Shown in pieces: positions 41,326-52,100 of a stretch of 64,000 nucleotides of DNA. Positions within the stretch are counted from its first letter, which is position 1. Every line of letters starts with the position of its first letter. Made by a program: the position numbers and the translations under genes. Below the pieces are notes generated by a model that was given only the letters and a program-made list of their open reading frames with translations, had not been told where the DNA came from and ran no database searches. Location of the stretch: positions 434,001 to 498,000 of the forward strand of contig NEEC01000018.1 of NCBI GenBank assembly GCA_002189035.1, read 5' to 3'. This stretch comes from Utricularia gibba. Lineage: Eukaryota; Plantae; Magnoliophyta.

Positions 41326-42234
41326 TAATGGACATTGCAATTGCTCAGTGAACATTAGACTGATGCATATGATGGCTTAATTGTTGTGTAACACCTTCAA
41401 TTCAATGGTGAACTCTTCACTACTTTCGATGGAGAGGTTAATTTTTTTCATGGAGAAATTTGGATGAAATAGATCGTGAAACATACAATACATTCTAAAG
41501 TAGCGATTATTGGAGATGAAATAATAAAATATTATGTGTATAATAAAATGAGAGATAAATATGATATGGATAAAAAATAATAATATGGAAATAAAAAAAA
41601 TGAAATAACAAAGATTGATGCAATCTATCCTTATTGATATCAACCTTATTCAACCTTATTGATATCTCCCCTCGCCATAGATATCAAATATTTTTTAGAC
41701 ATTTGCATCTTACCAACCTGAAGTCTAATTCCCAAGATGATCTTCTATCTTAAGAAATGAATGTTTTTAAATATATATATTTTAGTTAGAAAATATTTTG
41801 TGTAATTATATGATACTGGTATTTGATAAATATATTATAGATGTATCAAAATATGATATAGTTTTAGTAGAAATTATGTATATAACTCCAAAGTTCAATA
41901 AATTTTACGGTTTCTTCTATTTTTCTTCTCAAATTCTATAGATAGGTTTGGATCTCATATATCAATGTGGATATCTATACTTATTTCTATGTGCCCAATC
42001 ACATCTATAATTGGGCCTAATTGCCTCCATCATCTTAGTATTTTCTTATTTATTTTAAATAAAATATGTGTTGAAGTTTTGGTATGCGTGATGTTGAGCG
42101 TCTTTTTATTTGAATTCCAAGGTTCCATTGAGTTCCAAAGTTGGAAACACACAGGAGGAGAAATTAATTGCACACGTCAGCGACGGCAAAGGTAAAGTTG
42201 GGCCTAGCCCGCTAGGGTTGCCAGAAACGCTCAC

Positions 42235-42240
42235 TATAAA
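42235..42240 (+). promoter_or_regulatory. TATA box of MTP1, followed by a leader exon and a 5' UTR intron (about 42419-43310)
   Basis: CTATAAAT lies after a TGGGCC site-II-like motif. There is a donor CAG|GTATTT at 42419 and tandem acceptors ACAG/TTTCAG directly before the ATG at 43311. Extra leader exons cannot be excluded. Confidence 0.6.
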
Positions 42241-42341
42241 TTCTGGGGTCCGGTTCTAATCGCAATAAAGTACAAATTCTAGATTGCCAGTCCTCAGAAT
42301 CTTCGGGCATATTCGTCGTGTTGCTCGCTTAGGCATACCCC

Positions 42342-42380
42342 ATGCCAACGGTGCGGTGTGGATGCTGTGAACGACGCTGA
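42342..42380 (+). other. Candidate upstream ORF MPTVRCGCCERR in the MTP1 leader exon
   Basis: ATG CCA ACG GTG CGG TGT GGA TGC TGT GAA CGA CGC TGA lies between the TATA box and the first donor. Confidence 0.45.
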
Positions 42381-43310
42381 GACACCCCGCCGCCTTTACG
42401 CCGGGCCACGAAGTTCAGGTATTTTTCATCTACATTGTTCGGCATATCCTCTGAATTCGGATTGATAAGCTTGTGCACCGTTGGATCCCGTTTGCTATAT
42501 TCTGATTCTCATTAGCCGTTTGTTTTCCGAAAAGATAAGTGCCTTTTTGGATACTTCTTTCTTTACCATCAAAAGAAAGCGTTCTGTTGTCTCCATGGAG
42601 ATGGTGTCTTTGTGCTATGATTCATTAACTTGCCTGGATGACAAGTCCTCTGATGAGATTGGGAACTGAAAGTCGGTGTTTGATTAGATAACGGTCATTG
42701 TCCAACTCTGGTTTCTAATGGATGGACAAATGAATCCTGTCCGTCTAGATCTTGTCTGAATCTTAAAATATTCTAACATTTTGTCGATGTCATTTTTTAT
42801 TTCAATTTCTTTCTGATGCCGTGCTTAACTTCGCGTATTGGGTTTGATTTCCTTCGTATTCGTCCTCTCTTATTTTCTTGTTTTGACTTTTTAGGTAGAT
42901 TCTTCTTCATTCACGATTGTCTTTCTTATGCCCCGATTTCGTATTTTAATGCCTGAATGCCTGCTGTTTTTTTCTAATATCTGATCTCACCGCCAATTTG
43001 TTTTTTAGAAATTCGGGAGCGTGCGTCTCGTTTTTCTGTTTCTTATACTTTAGGATTTCCCAGTTTTACTTATTTTCATTAGGGGGCCAGCGAGTTGGGC
43101 AACAACTCAAAGTTTTAAAATGCTGTTACTTGTATGGTAATTGCTACCGAGCTGTTGTTCAGATGCTTTTTCAAGGAAGTGATATCTGTCCCTAATGACA
43201 ATGGAGTTAATTTAACTAGGGATGTTTCGAATTTGTTTCTTTATTACGAAAGATAGTGTTTTTGATGCAGCATTTTGTGATAATATGATGTAACTAATTT
43301 ACAGTTTCAG

Positions 43311-44601
43311 ATGGATGGGCAAAGTTCTGAGCACGGAGTCATCATCGAGGTAAATGCTGATATTTCAAGGGAAAGGGGTCCAGGTGGATTGAAGGCATGT
43401 GAGGGTGCAACCTGTGGTTTCTCCGATGCAAAGACCAGTTCAATTGATGCACACGAGCGCTCATCTTCAATGAGGAAACTGTTGATTGCAGTTGCTCTTT
43501 GTGTCATCTTTATGAGTGTGGAAGTAGTTGGGGGTATCAAAGCCAACAGTCTTGCCATACTAACTGATGCAGCACATTTGTTATCAGATGTTGCCTCTTT
43601 CGCAATCTCCCTGTTTTCACTGTGGGCTGCAGGGTGGGAAGCAACACCACGCCAATCGTATGGATTCTTTAGGATAGAGATATTGGGAGCACTGGTATCA
43701 ATTCAGCTAATCTGGCTTCTTGCTGGGATCCTCGTTTATGAAGCTATTGATAGGCTCATACACAACACCGGTGAGGTTCAAGGCTTTTTGATGTTTTTGG
43801 TTTCTGCCTTCGGGCTTGTGGTGAATATTATCATGGCTGTGCTGCTGGGTCATGAACATGGTCATGCCCATGGCCATGGTCATGGCCACTCTCACTCACA
43901 AGGACACGGGCATTCACATGATCATGGGCATGGGCATTCCCATGATGACAAGGGGACCATGATCATGGCGCAGAGGATGAGCACATGACCCCCATGGTGT
44001 GACAATTACCTCTTATCACCATCCTGGAAGAGGACATATCAAGCATGAGGAACACCACCACCACCACATTCATGTGGAGGAGCATGCTCAGCCATTGCTT
44101 GACAATTCTGGTGAGAGCAATTCAAGAAGTGGGCAGCAAAAGAAGAAGCATCGGAACATAAATGTGCAGGGGGCCTACCTGCATGTCCTTGGCGACTCCA
44201 TTCAGAGCGTTGGGGTGATGATTGGTGGAGGCATCATCTGGTACAAACCGGAGTGGAAAATCATTGATCTCATCTGCACTCTCATCTTCTCCGTCATTGT
44301 TCTTGGGACTACCATCAGGATGCTCAGAAACATCGTGGAGGTTCTGATGGAGAGCACTCCCAGAGAAATCGATGCAACGAGGCTCGAGAGGGGGCTCTGC
44401 GAGATGGAGGAGGTGGTTGCTGTTCATGAACTCCACATCTGGGCGATCACCGTCGGCAAGGTGCTGCTGGCTTGCCATGTCAAAATCAAGCCCGAAGCAG
44501 ACGCAGACATGGTGCTCGACAAAGTGGTGGACTACATCCGGACAGAATACAACATAAGCCACGTCACGATTCAGATCGAGAGGGAACAAAGCCCTGCTTA
44601 G
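43311..44601 (+). CDS. MTP1: Metal tolerance protein 1-type (CDF) Zn2+/H+ antiporter with an intronless CDS, interrupted by two -1 indels in the His loop as assembled
   Basis: [39 protein letters not shown] (TM2 HxxxD), [20 protein letters not shown], a His-rich loop, [18 protein letters not shown] (TM5 HxxxD) and [12 protein letters not shown]...HVTIQIER. The N- and C-terminal halves are in different frames. Confidence 0.93.
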
Positions 44602-44957
44602 CTTCTGTTTCTCTTTTTTTTTTTGAAATCCCTTATTCCATCACTGCTGTTTGTTCTTCTCTCCTTCATTCGTATGCTGTAAGAAATGGTGTAGCGGGGT
44701 GGGGCTGTCCACGCTTCTTTTGTCTAAAGAGGATAACCGAACAAGGTGTCCGACGTGTGATTGTTTCCTCGTGAGGTCTGGACTAAAGCGGGTCGGGTCG
44801 GGTCGGGTCAGGGTCTCGTCCAACGTGCTCGGCGTGAGTAACAGCAGGGTCTCGGTCACCACGGTGGCATTTACCGCCTGGATTAAAACAATGTGATCGG
44901 ACTCCGTGTGCTTGAATAAATTCTTCTCTTCGAATCCGTACTCCGCTCTTGGGCCGC

Positions 44958-46790
44958 ATGCCCAACTACCAACTGTCTCCGCCGTGGCGAAATCTGCTGC
45001 TGCACTTGTCCGCCTCCCGTAACTCTCATTTTCATCCCTCTTGGGGAGCCGCCTGTTGCTATGATGTTTCAAAATTACGTGAAATCCACTCTTTTCTACT
45101 CACTTCCGGCTTTCCTCATCCCTCCCTATCTCGCTTGCTGCTGCTATGTTGCCTTTCTCTTCCTTCATTTCCTGCTGCCTACGCCATTTCTCTTTTCCGG
45201 CAAACCCCGCACCCAGGGATCTTCATCTACAATGCACTCATCAGGGGTTTCAGCTTCCTTCCCAATACCTCTGTTTCTTTTTATGTCACCATGCGGAAAG
45301 AGGGCATCTTTCCAAATAAGCATACTTTCCCATTGCTGCTGAAATCAGACTCACGGGTATCATTTCAGATTTTCTCCGAGGCCATCAAGCTGGGGTTCGG
45401 TTTTGACCATTTCTTTCGCAATTCTTTGTTGGCTTGTTTTGCAAATCATGGCCTTGTCAAGTGTGCACGTCAGGTGTTCGACGAAACGTTACACAAGGAT
45501 GTAGTTGCATATACTGCGTTAATGGATTGTTATATCAAAAACTCCAGACCTCTTGAAGCGCTAGAGATTTTCCTGGAAATGAGAAGATCAGGGTCCCGTG
45601 TGGATGAGGTTGCTGTTGTTAGTTCTTTGAGCGCTGCCGGGATGTCGGGTCGTCTTTGGTTTGGGAGATGGATTCATGGGTTCTATATTGTGTCTGGAAG
45701 AGTTCCCTGGGATGTCTATGTTGGCAGTGCTCTTGTTGACATGTATTCCAAGTGTGTTTGCTGTGACGATGCACTCAAAGCTTTCCTGGGTGCCCCATAC
45801 AGGAATGTTGTTTCTTGGAGTGCCTTACTAGCTGGTTATGTGCAGTGCCATAGGTTTAGGGACGTACTTTCTCTGTTTATGAATATGCTTACCGAGAGAG
45901 TAAAACCTAATGAACCAGTACTAGCAACTGTCCTCACAGCTTGTGCCCAGCTAGGTGCATTGGCACAAGGTATATGGATTCACAAATACATAGGTTCACA
46001 GAAGCTACACATAAATTCGATTCTGGGAACTGCTTTGATTGATATGTACGCCAAATGTGGGTGCATAAACGAAGCGAGGCTGGTTTTCGATAAATTGCAT
46101 ATGCAGGATGTATATCCATGTACAGCCTTAGTCTTTGGTCTGGCAATGAATGGAGATGCTGCAGGCTCCTTAAATCTCTTCCAACAGATGGTGCGAAATG
46201 GGGTGAAACCAAATGAAGTCACCTTCATTGCTGTATTAAGTGCGTGTGCTCATGCAGGCTATGTAACTGATGGGCAGGAAATTTTTGCATCAATGGAGAT
46301 TGATCATGGTGTAAAGCCAACAGCTGATCATTACGGCTGTATGGTTGATCTGCTTGGCCGGGCTGGGAAGTTAAGGGAGGCTTTGGAGCTGATCAGAGGC
46401 ATGCCGATGGTGCCGAATGCTAGGATCTGGGGCTCTTTGTTTGGATCGTGTATGATTCAAAAGGACTTAGAGCTGGGAAAAAGAATAGGAAACCATATGA
46501 TCGAGATGCAGCCAGAACATAGCGGGGCATATGCACTACTTGTGAATCTCTACTCCAAAAATGGAAGATGGGAAGCTGCATGTGAGATTAGGAGAAAAAT
46601 GAGGGAGTCAGGAGTATGGAAGATTCCCGGATGCAGCTGGATTGATTTGAATGGCCAGGTTCATGAGTTCACTGTTACTGACAACTCACATTTGGCCAGC
46701 AACAAGGTGTACGGCGTCTTGGATAATATCACTGCACATATGATGCAGCAGCAGCTACCCTTTTGTTTAGATAAGCATATTGAATATTGA
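44958..46790 (+). CDS. PLS-class PPR protein with E/E+ extension and no DYW domain (probable organellar RNA-editing factor)
   Basis: A single-exon ORF of about 610 aa with repeated P/L/S motifs (DVYVGSALVDMYSKC, LGTALIDMYAKCG, HYGCMVDLLGRAG). The E domain carries a PG box (PGCSWIDLNG). The first ATG is at 44958. Confidence 0.95.
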   Translation: MPNYQLSPPWRNLLLHLSASRNSHFHPSWGAACCYDVSKLREIHSFLLTSGFPHPSLSRLLLLCCLSLPSFPAAYAISLFRQTPHPGIFIYNALIRGFSFLPNTSVSFYVTMRKEGIFPNKHTFPLLLKSDSRVSFQIFSEAIKLGFGFDHFFRNSLLACFANHGLVKCARQVFDETLHKDVVAYTALMDCYIKNSRPLEALEIFLEMRRSGSRVDEVAVVSSLSAAGMSGRLWFGRWIHGFYIVSGRVPWDVYVGSALVDMYSKCVCCDDALKAFLGAPYRNVVSWSALLAGYVQCHRFRDVLSLFMNMLTERVKPNEPVLATVLTACAQLGALAQGIWIHKYIGSQKLHINSILGTALIDMYAKCGCINEARLVFDKLHMQDVYPCTALVFGLAMNGDAAGSLNLFQQMVRNGVKPNEVTFIAVLSACAHAGYVTDGQEIFASMEIDHGVKPTADHYGCMVDLLGRAGKLREALELIRGMPMVPNARIWGSLFGSCMIQKDLELGKRIGNHMIEMQPEHSGAYALLVNLYSKNGRWEAACEIRRKMRESGVWKIPGCSWIDLNGQVHEFTVTDNSHLASNKVYGVLDNITAHMMQQQLPFCLDKHIEY

Positions 46791-47819
46791 TTGGTGTTCT
46801 GAAGGAGAACAATCAGGGAAAAAAAAGAAGAAGAAATGACCACTCAGGTTCCTCTTCAGTATGAAGTTGAAGGGGTTTCCAATCAATTATCGAATTGGGA
46901 AGCTAATTGATTGTCATGAATCCCAACGCAAGCAGCATCAACCTCGCTAAGGATGGTGAGATGATAGAAGATCAACAGAATTATGAAGAACAACTGAAAG
47001 CAAAGTCTGAATAGGTATAGGATTGGAAAGAGCTGCACCATGATGTTGTCTACTGGAATAGGAAGAAAAGCTACTCTAGCTATATAGACCGTACCTTCTT
47101 TCATTTTACAGGTAAAATCTAAATCTGTATGATAATGAATTTTGTGAAACACATTAATTTTTATTGTTCCTCTTGTCTTCATCATAGATAGAAAGAAGAA
47201 ATATGATGAATATCAGCCATCCCTGGAGGGTTGGTTGATTTTTCCTCTAGTTCTAAACTATAACAAGAACACATGCTAAGCGTTTTAGCAAATTAGTATT
47301 TGAGAAAGAAACGATCTCATCCATGAAAAAACTTCTAAGTATATTGAAACAATTGTCGCAACAAACGGATCAGCACTTCAAAGATATGGAGATGTGCTTC
47401 GAAAAATCTTGATCATTAGGAATCGACCTATGGTAGGAATAATCTAGAATGCACTATTGTAGAGCACTTGAGCGACAGTAGCAAGCAACAGCTAAAATGC
47501 AGTCAAGATATTGAAATTAGATATTTCTAAATTCACAGAAACTACTATTTGTTAAGGATTTTCAAATATCTTTTTGTACAAAAAAATTTAAACTATTTGG
47601 GTTATTGAATGTATGCAAATGAAATTCAATCAGATCACAAGAAAATTATGTTGTTTTATATTAAACAAATTGTGTTGAATTAGCTGATTATTATAGAAGA
47701 TTTGTATCTCATTTCAACAGCCTATTTTCCCATTCACATATATTCTTAAGCAAGATCATTTTAATTGGATCAAGATTATTGTCGAAGAATTTGAAAATTT
47801 AAAAAGACACTAGCTCAGG

Positions 47820-48030
47820 CCATTGTGCTTTCATCCTCTAATTTTCATTACATGTGTATGGTGGAATATGCTGTCTCTAACTTAAGCATTGGAATTGTAT
47901 TATACCAAAAACGTCACCTTATTGGTTACTTTAGCAAAATTTTAGCAAACAAGATAAATCGTTGTCTACATGTGAAAAATGAGCTCATTGAATTTATATA
48001 TGCAATAAATCACTTGCTGCACTCATGATT
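47820..48030 (+). mobile_element. Ty3/gypsy RNase H remnant
   Basis: MVEYAVSNLSIGIVLYQKRHLIGYFSKIL...ELIEFIYAINH parallels the RNase H at 52830-53100. Confidence 0.55.
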
Positions 48031-49163
48031 ATATTAATGTCTCATCTTATTTTATATGATTATCTAACAACGAGATTGCTATTAATTCTAGGTTACAATG
48101 ACTAATATCTCTATATTTTGAAGATACATCATATAGAAAATGTTATTCATATCTTATTTTAAAGGGGAGATATTCTTTTCATATTAATTATTTTCTTGCT
48201 ATTTTATGTACCATCATTATCAAGTTCTTCAAAGCTTCATGGCTTCATGATATCTTTCAAGGTGTTTGTCCGATTTTTGGGTGATGCTTGTTGGACACTA
48301 TGTTATCCAAATAGTTTCTCAATATATATATTTTCTTAAACTTTATTTAGTCAAGTGTTCCACACCTCATGTTTGGGGGCATTTACAAGGCCTCTTCTTG
48401 GACATATTTTGTCTAGATCATATTCATCTAATAGCATCCACCAAGGTACTTCTTTTATGGACATTGCTCTGTTAAGATATTATTTCAATTGCAACACCAA
48501 GTTTTATTATTTATAATAGAAAAGGTTTTTCTTGATCCATCATGTTGGATTCTCTAGACTTATGCATGAAATAACATTAACACACATTTTTTTAATGTTT
48601 TCAAATTATAAAATCAGGGGACATTAGCACTAGTAGTTACCATTATTTAATTAAATAATATAATTAGTCTCCAACATTTGATAAAAATGATATGTTTCGT
48701 TTCGATTGGTATAGTTGGCTCCCATTGTTTTGTACATGGGATATTGTTAGTTCTATTAAGGATATCAAACAACATAATAAAATAATTATTGTAAAAAGAT
48801 ACTATTTTTCCCTTGTACTTATGCAAAACTAGATAACATGTATTGATAGGAGTGAGACGTTTTTTCTCCATATTCTATTTCTCCATAGGATATCACTCTT
48901 GATATTTTGCTTTCTGCACAAGATTGAATATGGTGTGGTGAGTGTGGACCGTATAGCATCTCAGATAGTGGAGAGAATAGCTTGAAGAACACTAGTGAAC
49001 AAAACCTAAAGGATGTTTTTTCCGATATGTGACAATTACTACAATTGTTCTAGGTTCAAGAAGTGAATATACTAGATCTACTCTATATTCATGGGTAAGA
49101 CAGCCCTAGCCTCATCTTGCTGCAAATTGTGTTAACCATCAAGAATTTTTTATTTTGGCATCC

Positions 49164-52100
49164 TGTCATGTGGGATAAACCACCCTCACATGATGTTACT
49201 CTTATGTCAGAGGAGGAAAGGGACCCATATACTACAAATCAGAGTGAGGCACCAAAAGAAAAGGAAGGAGAGATAGAGAAGGTGATCTGCATAGGAATTG
49301 GTCAGGGGTGAGCTTCTTTTGGTAATTCCTTCAATGAATGAAAGACTGTTGACCCGTTCACAGGCCTCATCACATTTGGTATCAAAGCACACTCCTCACT
49401 AACAATATGGAAGAACTGATGCATAAGCAACTAGAACTCTTAATGAGTTTGCAGCAATGCGTGGATAGACAAGAGCAAGAGCAAGAGCAAGAGTTTGTTG
49501 AGCTAAAACGAGGTTTCTCCATCACCCATGACTCATGCCACGACACCCCTCTGAACTCCCCTGGAACTCAAACCTTCGAAACTCAGAATGAAGTGTTTGG
49601 CCCTAGAGAAAGAGATGCGATCATGGAAGCTTTCTCAAAAACTCAAATGGAGACTACTATAGCTTAGTATAACCATCAATTCTTGGAATTGGCAGTAGAG
49701 GTGAAGGATATCATGCCAAGAAATGAAATGTTCATTTATTTGAGTGGATTACCTACTGAGCTGAAGCAACAGATAAAATGGGATCACCTCAAGAATACTA
49801 CTAATGCCGTTAGCATGGTCCTTTAAGTTTATGAAGAAAAGGAAACTAAATCTAGAAGCCATACTTTTATAGATAAGCTCAAGCTTGAAGGGAAGAAGGA
49901 ACCTCTACCACTTCTCAAAATAATTACTTCTGATACGACTTCTATTCCAATTAAAAGGTTACCTCAAAAGGAATTTGAAAAGTGCAAAGCTAAAAATCTC
50001 TATCTCCATTGTGATGAGAAATTTGTTTCGGGGCATTAGTGTAAAAGAATTTTCATAATAGAATTTATAGATAATGAAGAGAATGAAGGAGATAATTACA
50101 TATATGACCTAAAAATTATAAGTTTGGGATATAATGGATCTAGAAATTTTCATAATAGAACATAATGGAACCATATAGTTTCGTGAATAGGCATATTTGA
50201 CCCATTATTTTGATGAATTAGAATATTTGACCTATAGATTTTTGTTACTGTAGAAGACACCCATCTAATAATAACAGATTTGACCCGATGAAGTTTCTAT
50301 TTTTGACATATTTGACTTGCATAGTTGAACTCAGTTCAGAAATAATATAATTTTAATAATATATAATTAATTATTAAATATTTAAAATTTTTTATTTTTT
50401 ATATTTGACCTTAAATCTAATTGGGGAGGGCCCACTTTTCCTCTAATTGGTGAAGACGAACCATGAAGAGCTTCGGAGAAGTGATTCCCAAACAACCAAA
50501 AAGGCATGAAGATTGGATGTGTTTTTTTTTTTCTGGTTCTATGCATGTTAAAGTTTGTTTTTTTTTTTTTTTCTGTACAAAGACTAGAAAAGAGTGCAAG
50601 AAGATTGTAGAAGAGTAGTTACTCTAAATCATCATTCTCTAAAGATATGACTTTCATGATTTTTTTTCGTTTCATTGCATTATTGCATTTGTTTCTTGTT
50701 GGCGTGACTGCTATTATTGAAATTTTGTGCAAAAATTTGACTTATTTGTGAATGATAATTTTCCATGGCATCAGGGACCTTGAACAATTCCATTGATCTT
50801 TATTATTTAAGTTTTCTATCTTAAATGAATGAATGCTATGAGTAGTTACTAATATTGTTCAAATGAAGAATCATTTGCTCTCTAGCTTACTTAGACTAGA
50901 CCTGCGACTATGTTATGGCTACATACAAGAATACATGTCCTCAGATAACTTGTAATAAGCTACAACCTTGATGTTAGAAATGCAGGTATTAGCACCGCAC
51001 CACTACCATTTTAGTTGGAGAGTATGATAATAAACAACTGCCTATGTTGGTTGCTTTGCTTCAGATGACTAAATGGGCATACATGTTATGCAATGGCTCG
51101 AGTTTTCTATGCAAAACTTGATAGTTGCGTGAATATGCGGTGGACGATGTATTCCTTTGGTTCTGAAAAAAAAGAGGGTGTAAGGCTCCTCATCTACAGA
51201 TATATGACGAGTTGATGGACAATGTATTAGACAATGTGGTAAGTCAATGGATATGAAACTAATAGAATATAAATTATGTTTTTTTTAGAATTTTTATTGA
51301 TGATTGTTGTTTTTACATATAGGAAAATCATGGTGTTGCAACCACCGGATCGTCTAACAGATGTTGCGTTCATCCACAACCTATGGATGTAACATGCAGT
51401 GGAGAAAAAGTTTGACTTGGAAATGATTGAAAAGTAGTGTGTGAGACACAATCCATACAACATTTGCTACATCTTCTTGCGAATTAACATGAAATAAGCT
51501 TTTCTATATATATATAATCCTCATTTTCCATCAGAATATATGTCAATTTGAGTTATCTCTATGTCTTGTAGGGGCCACTGCACCCTTGTCATATTGTGCA
51601 ATTTTGGAGAGAAATATCAACGGTGTGTCCTCATCTTGGATTCGATATATAGCATGTCTACTCATATAACAATTGATCTTTGGAAGAAAGTAATGTATTT
51701 TTGTACCTTGTGTTATATTGTGTTTTATTATTAATCTTTATTAGTCTTTTTGTTATGCATGATCTATAGATTAGTGGACCTCATTTTTAAAGTGATTAGG
51801 ATGACAATTGTGTGAAGAAGTTTGAGTTGCCTATTTTTTTGCTAGAGATTTGTATGACTTTGCTAATATTATTTTTTTATTTATTTTAATGTCGATCAAC
51901 ATATAAGTCACTAAACAAAACGGTGCAATTGAGTGTAGGATTTATGCATATGGACATCTTCCTCTAACAAGCTTCTAACATCTACATTATCAAAACACAC
52001 TTCATGTTTGTAAGTAATTTTCAAAATTTTGTTGGTCATTTTATTATTAGGTATTATTAATATGTTATATAGATGGTGTGAGATTGGTTCGTTGAAGAAG

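Noticed and set aside
43950-43990. Programmed ribosomal frameshifting or a micro-intron to explain the MTP1 break
   Set aside because: It would need two consecutive shifts with no slippery heptamer, and no GT-AG pair of plausible size restores the frame. Indels are the simpler explanation.
44122-44589. 155-aa antisense ORF over MTP1, and similar antisense or alternate-frame ORFs over the peroxidases, SRS and PPR
   Set aside because: These are shadow ORFs of GC-rich coding exons, with no recognisable motifs or independent splice or promoter signals.
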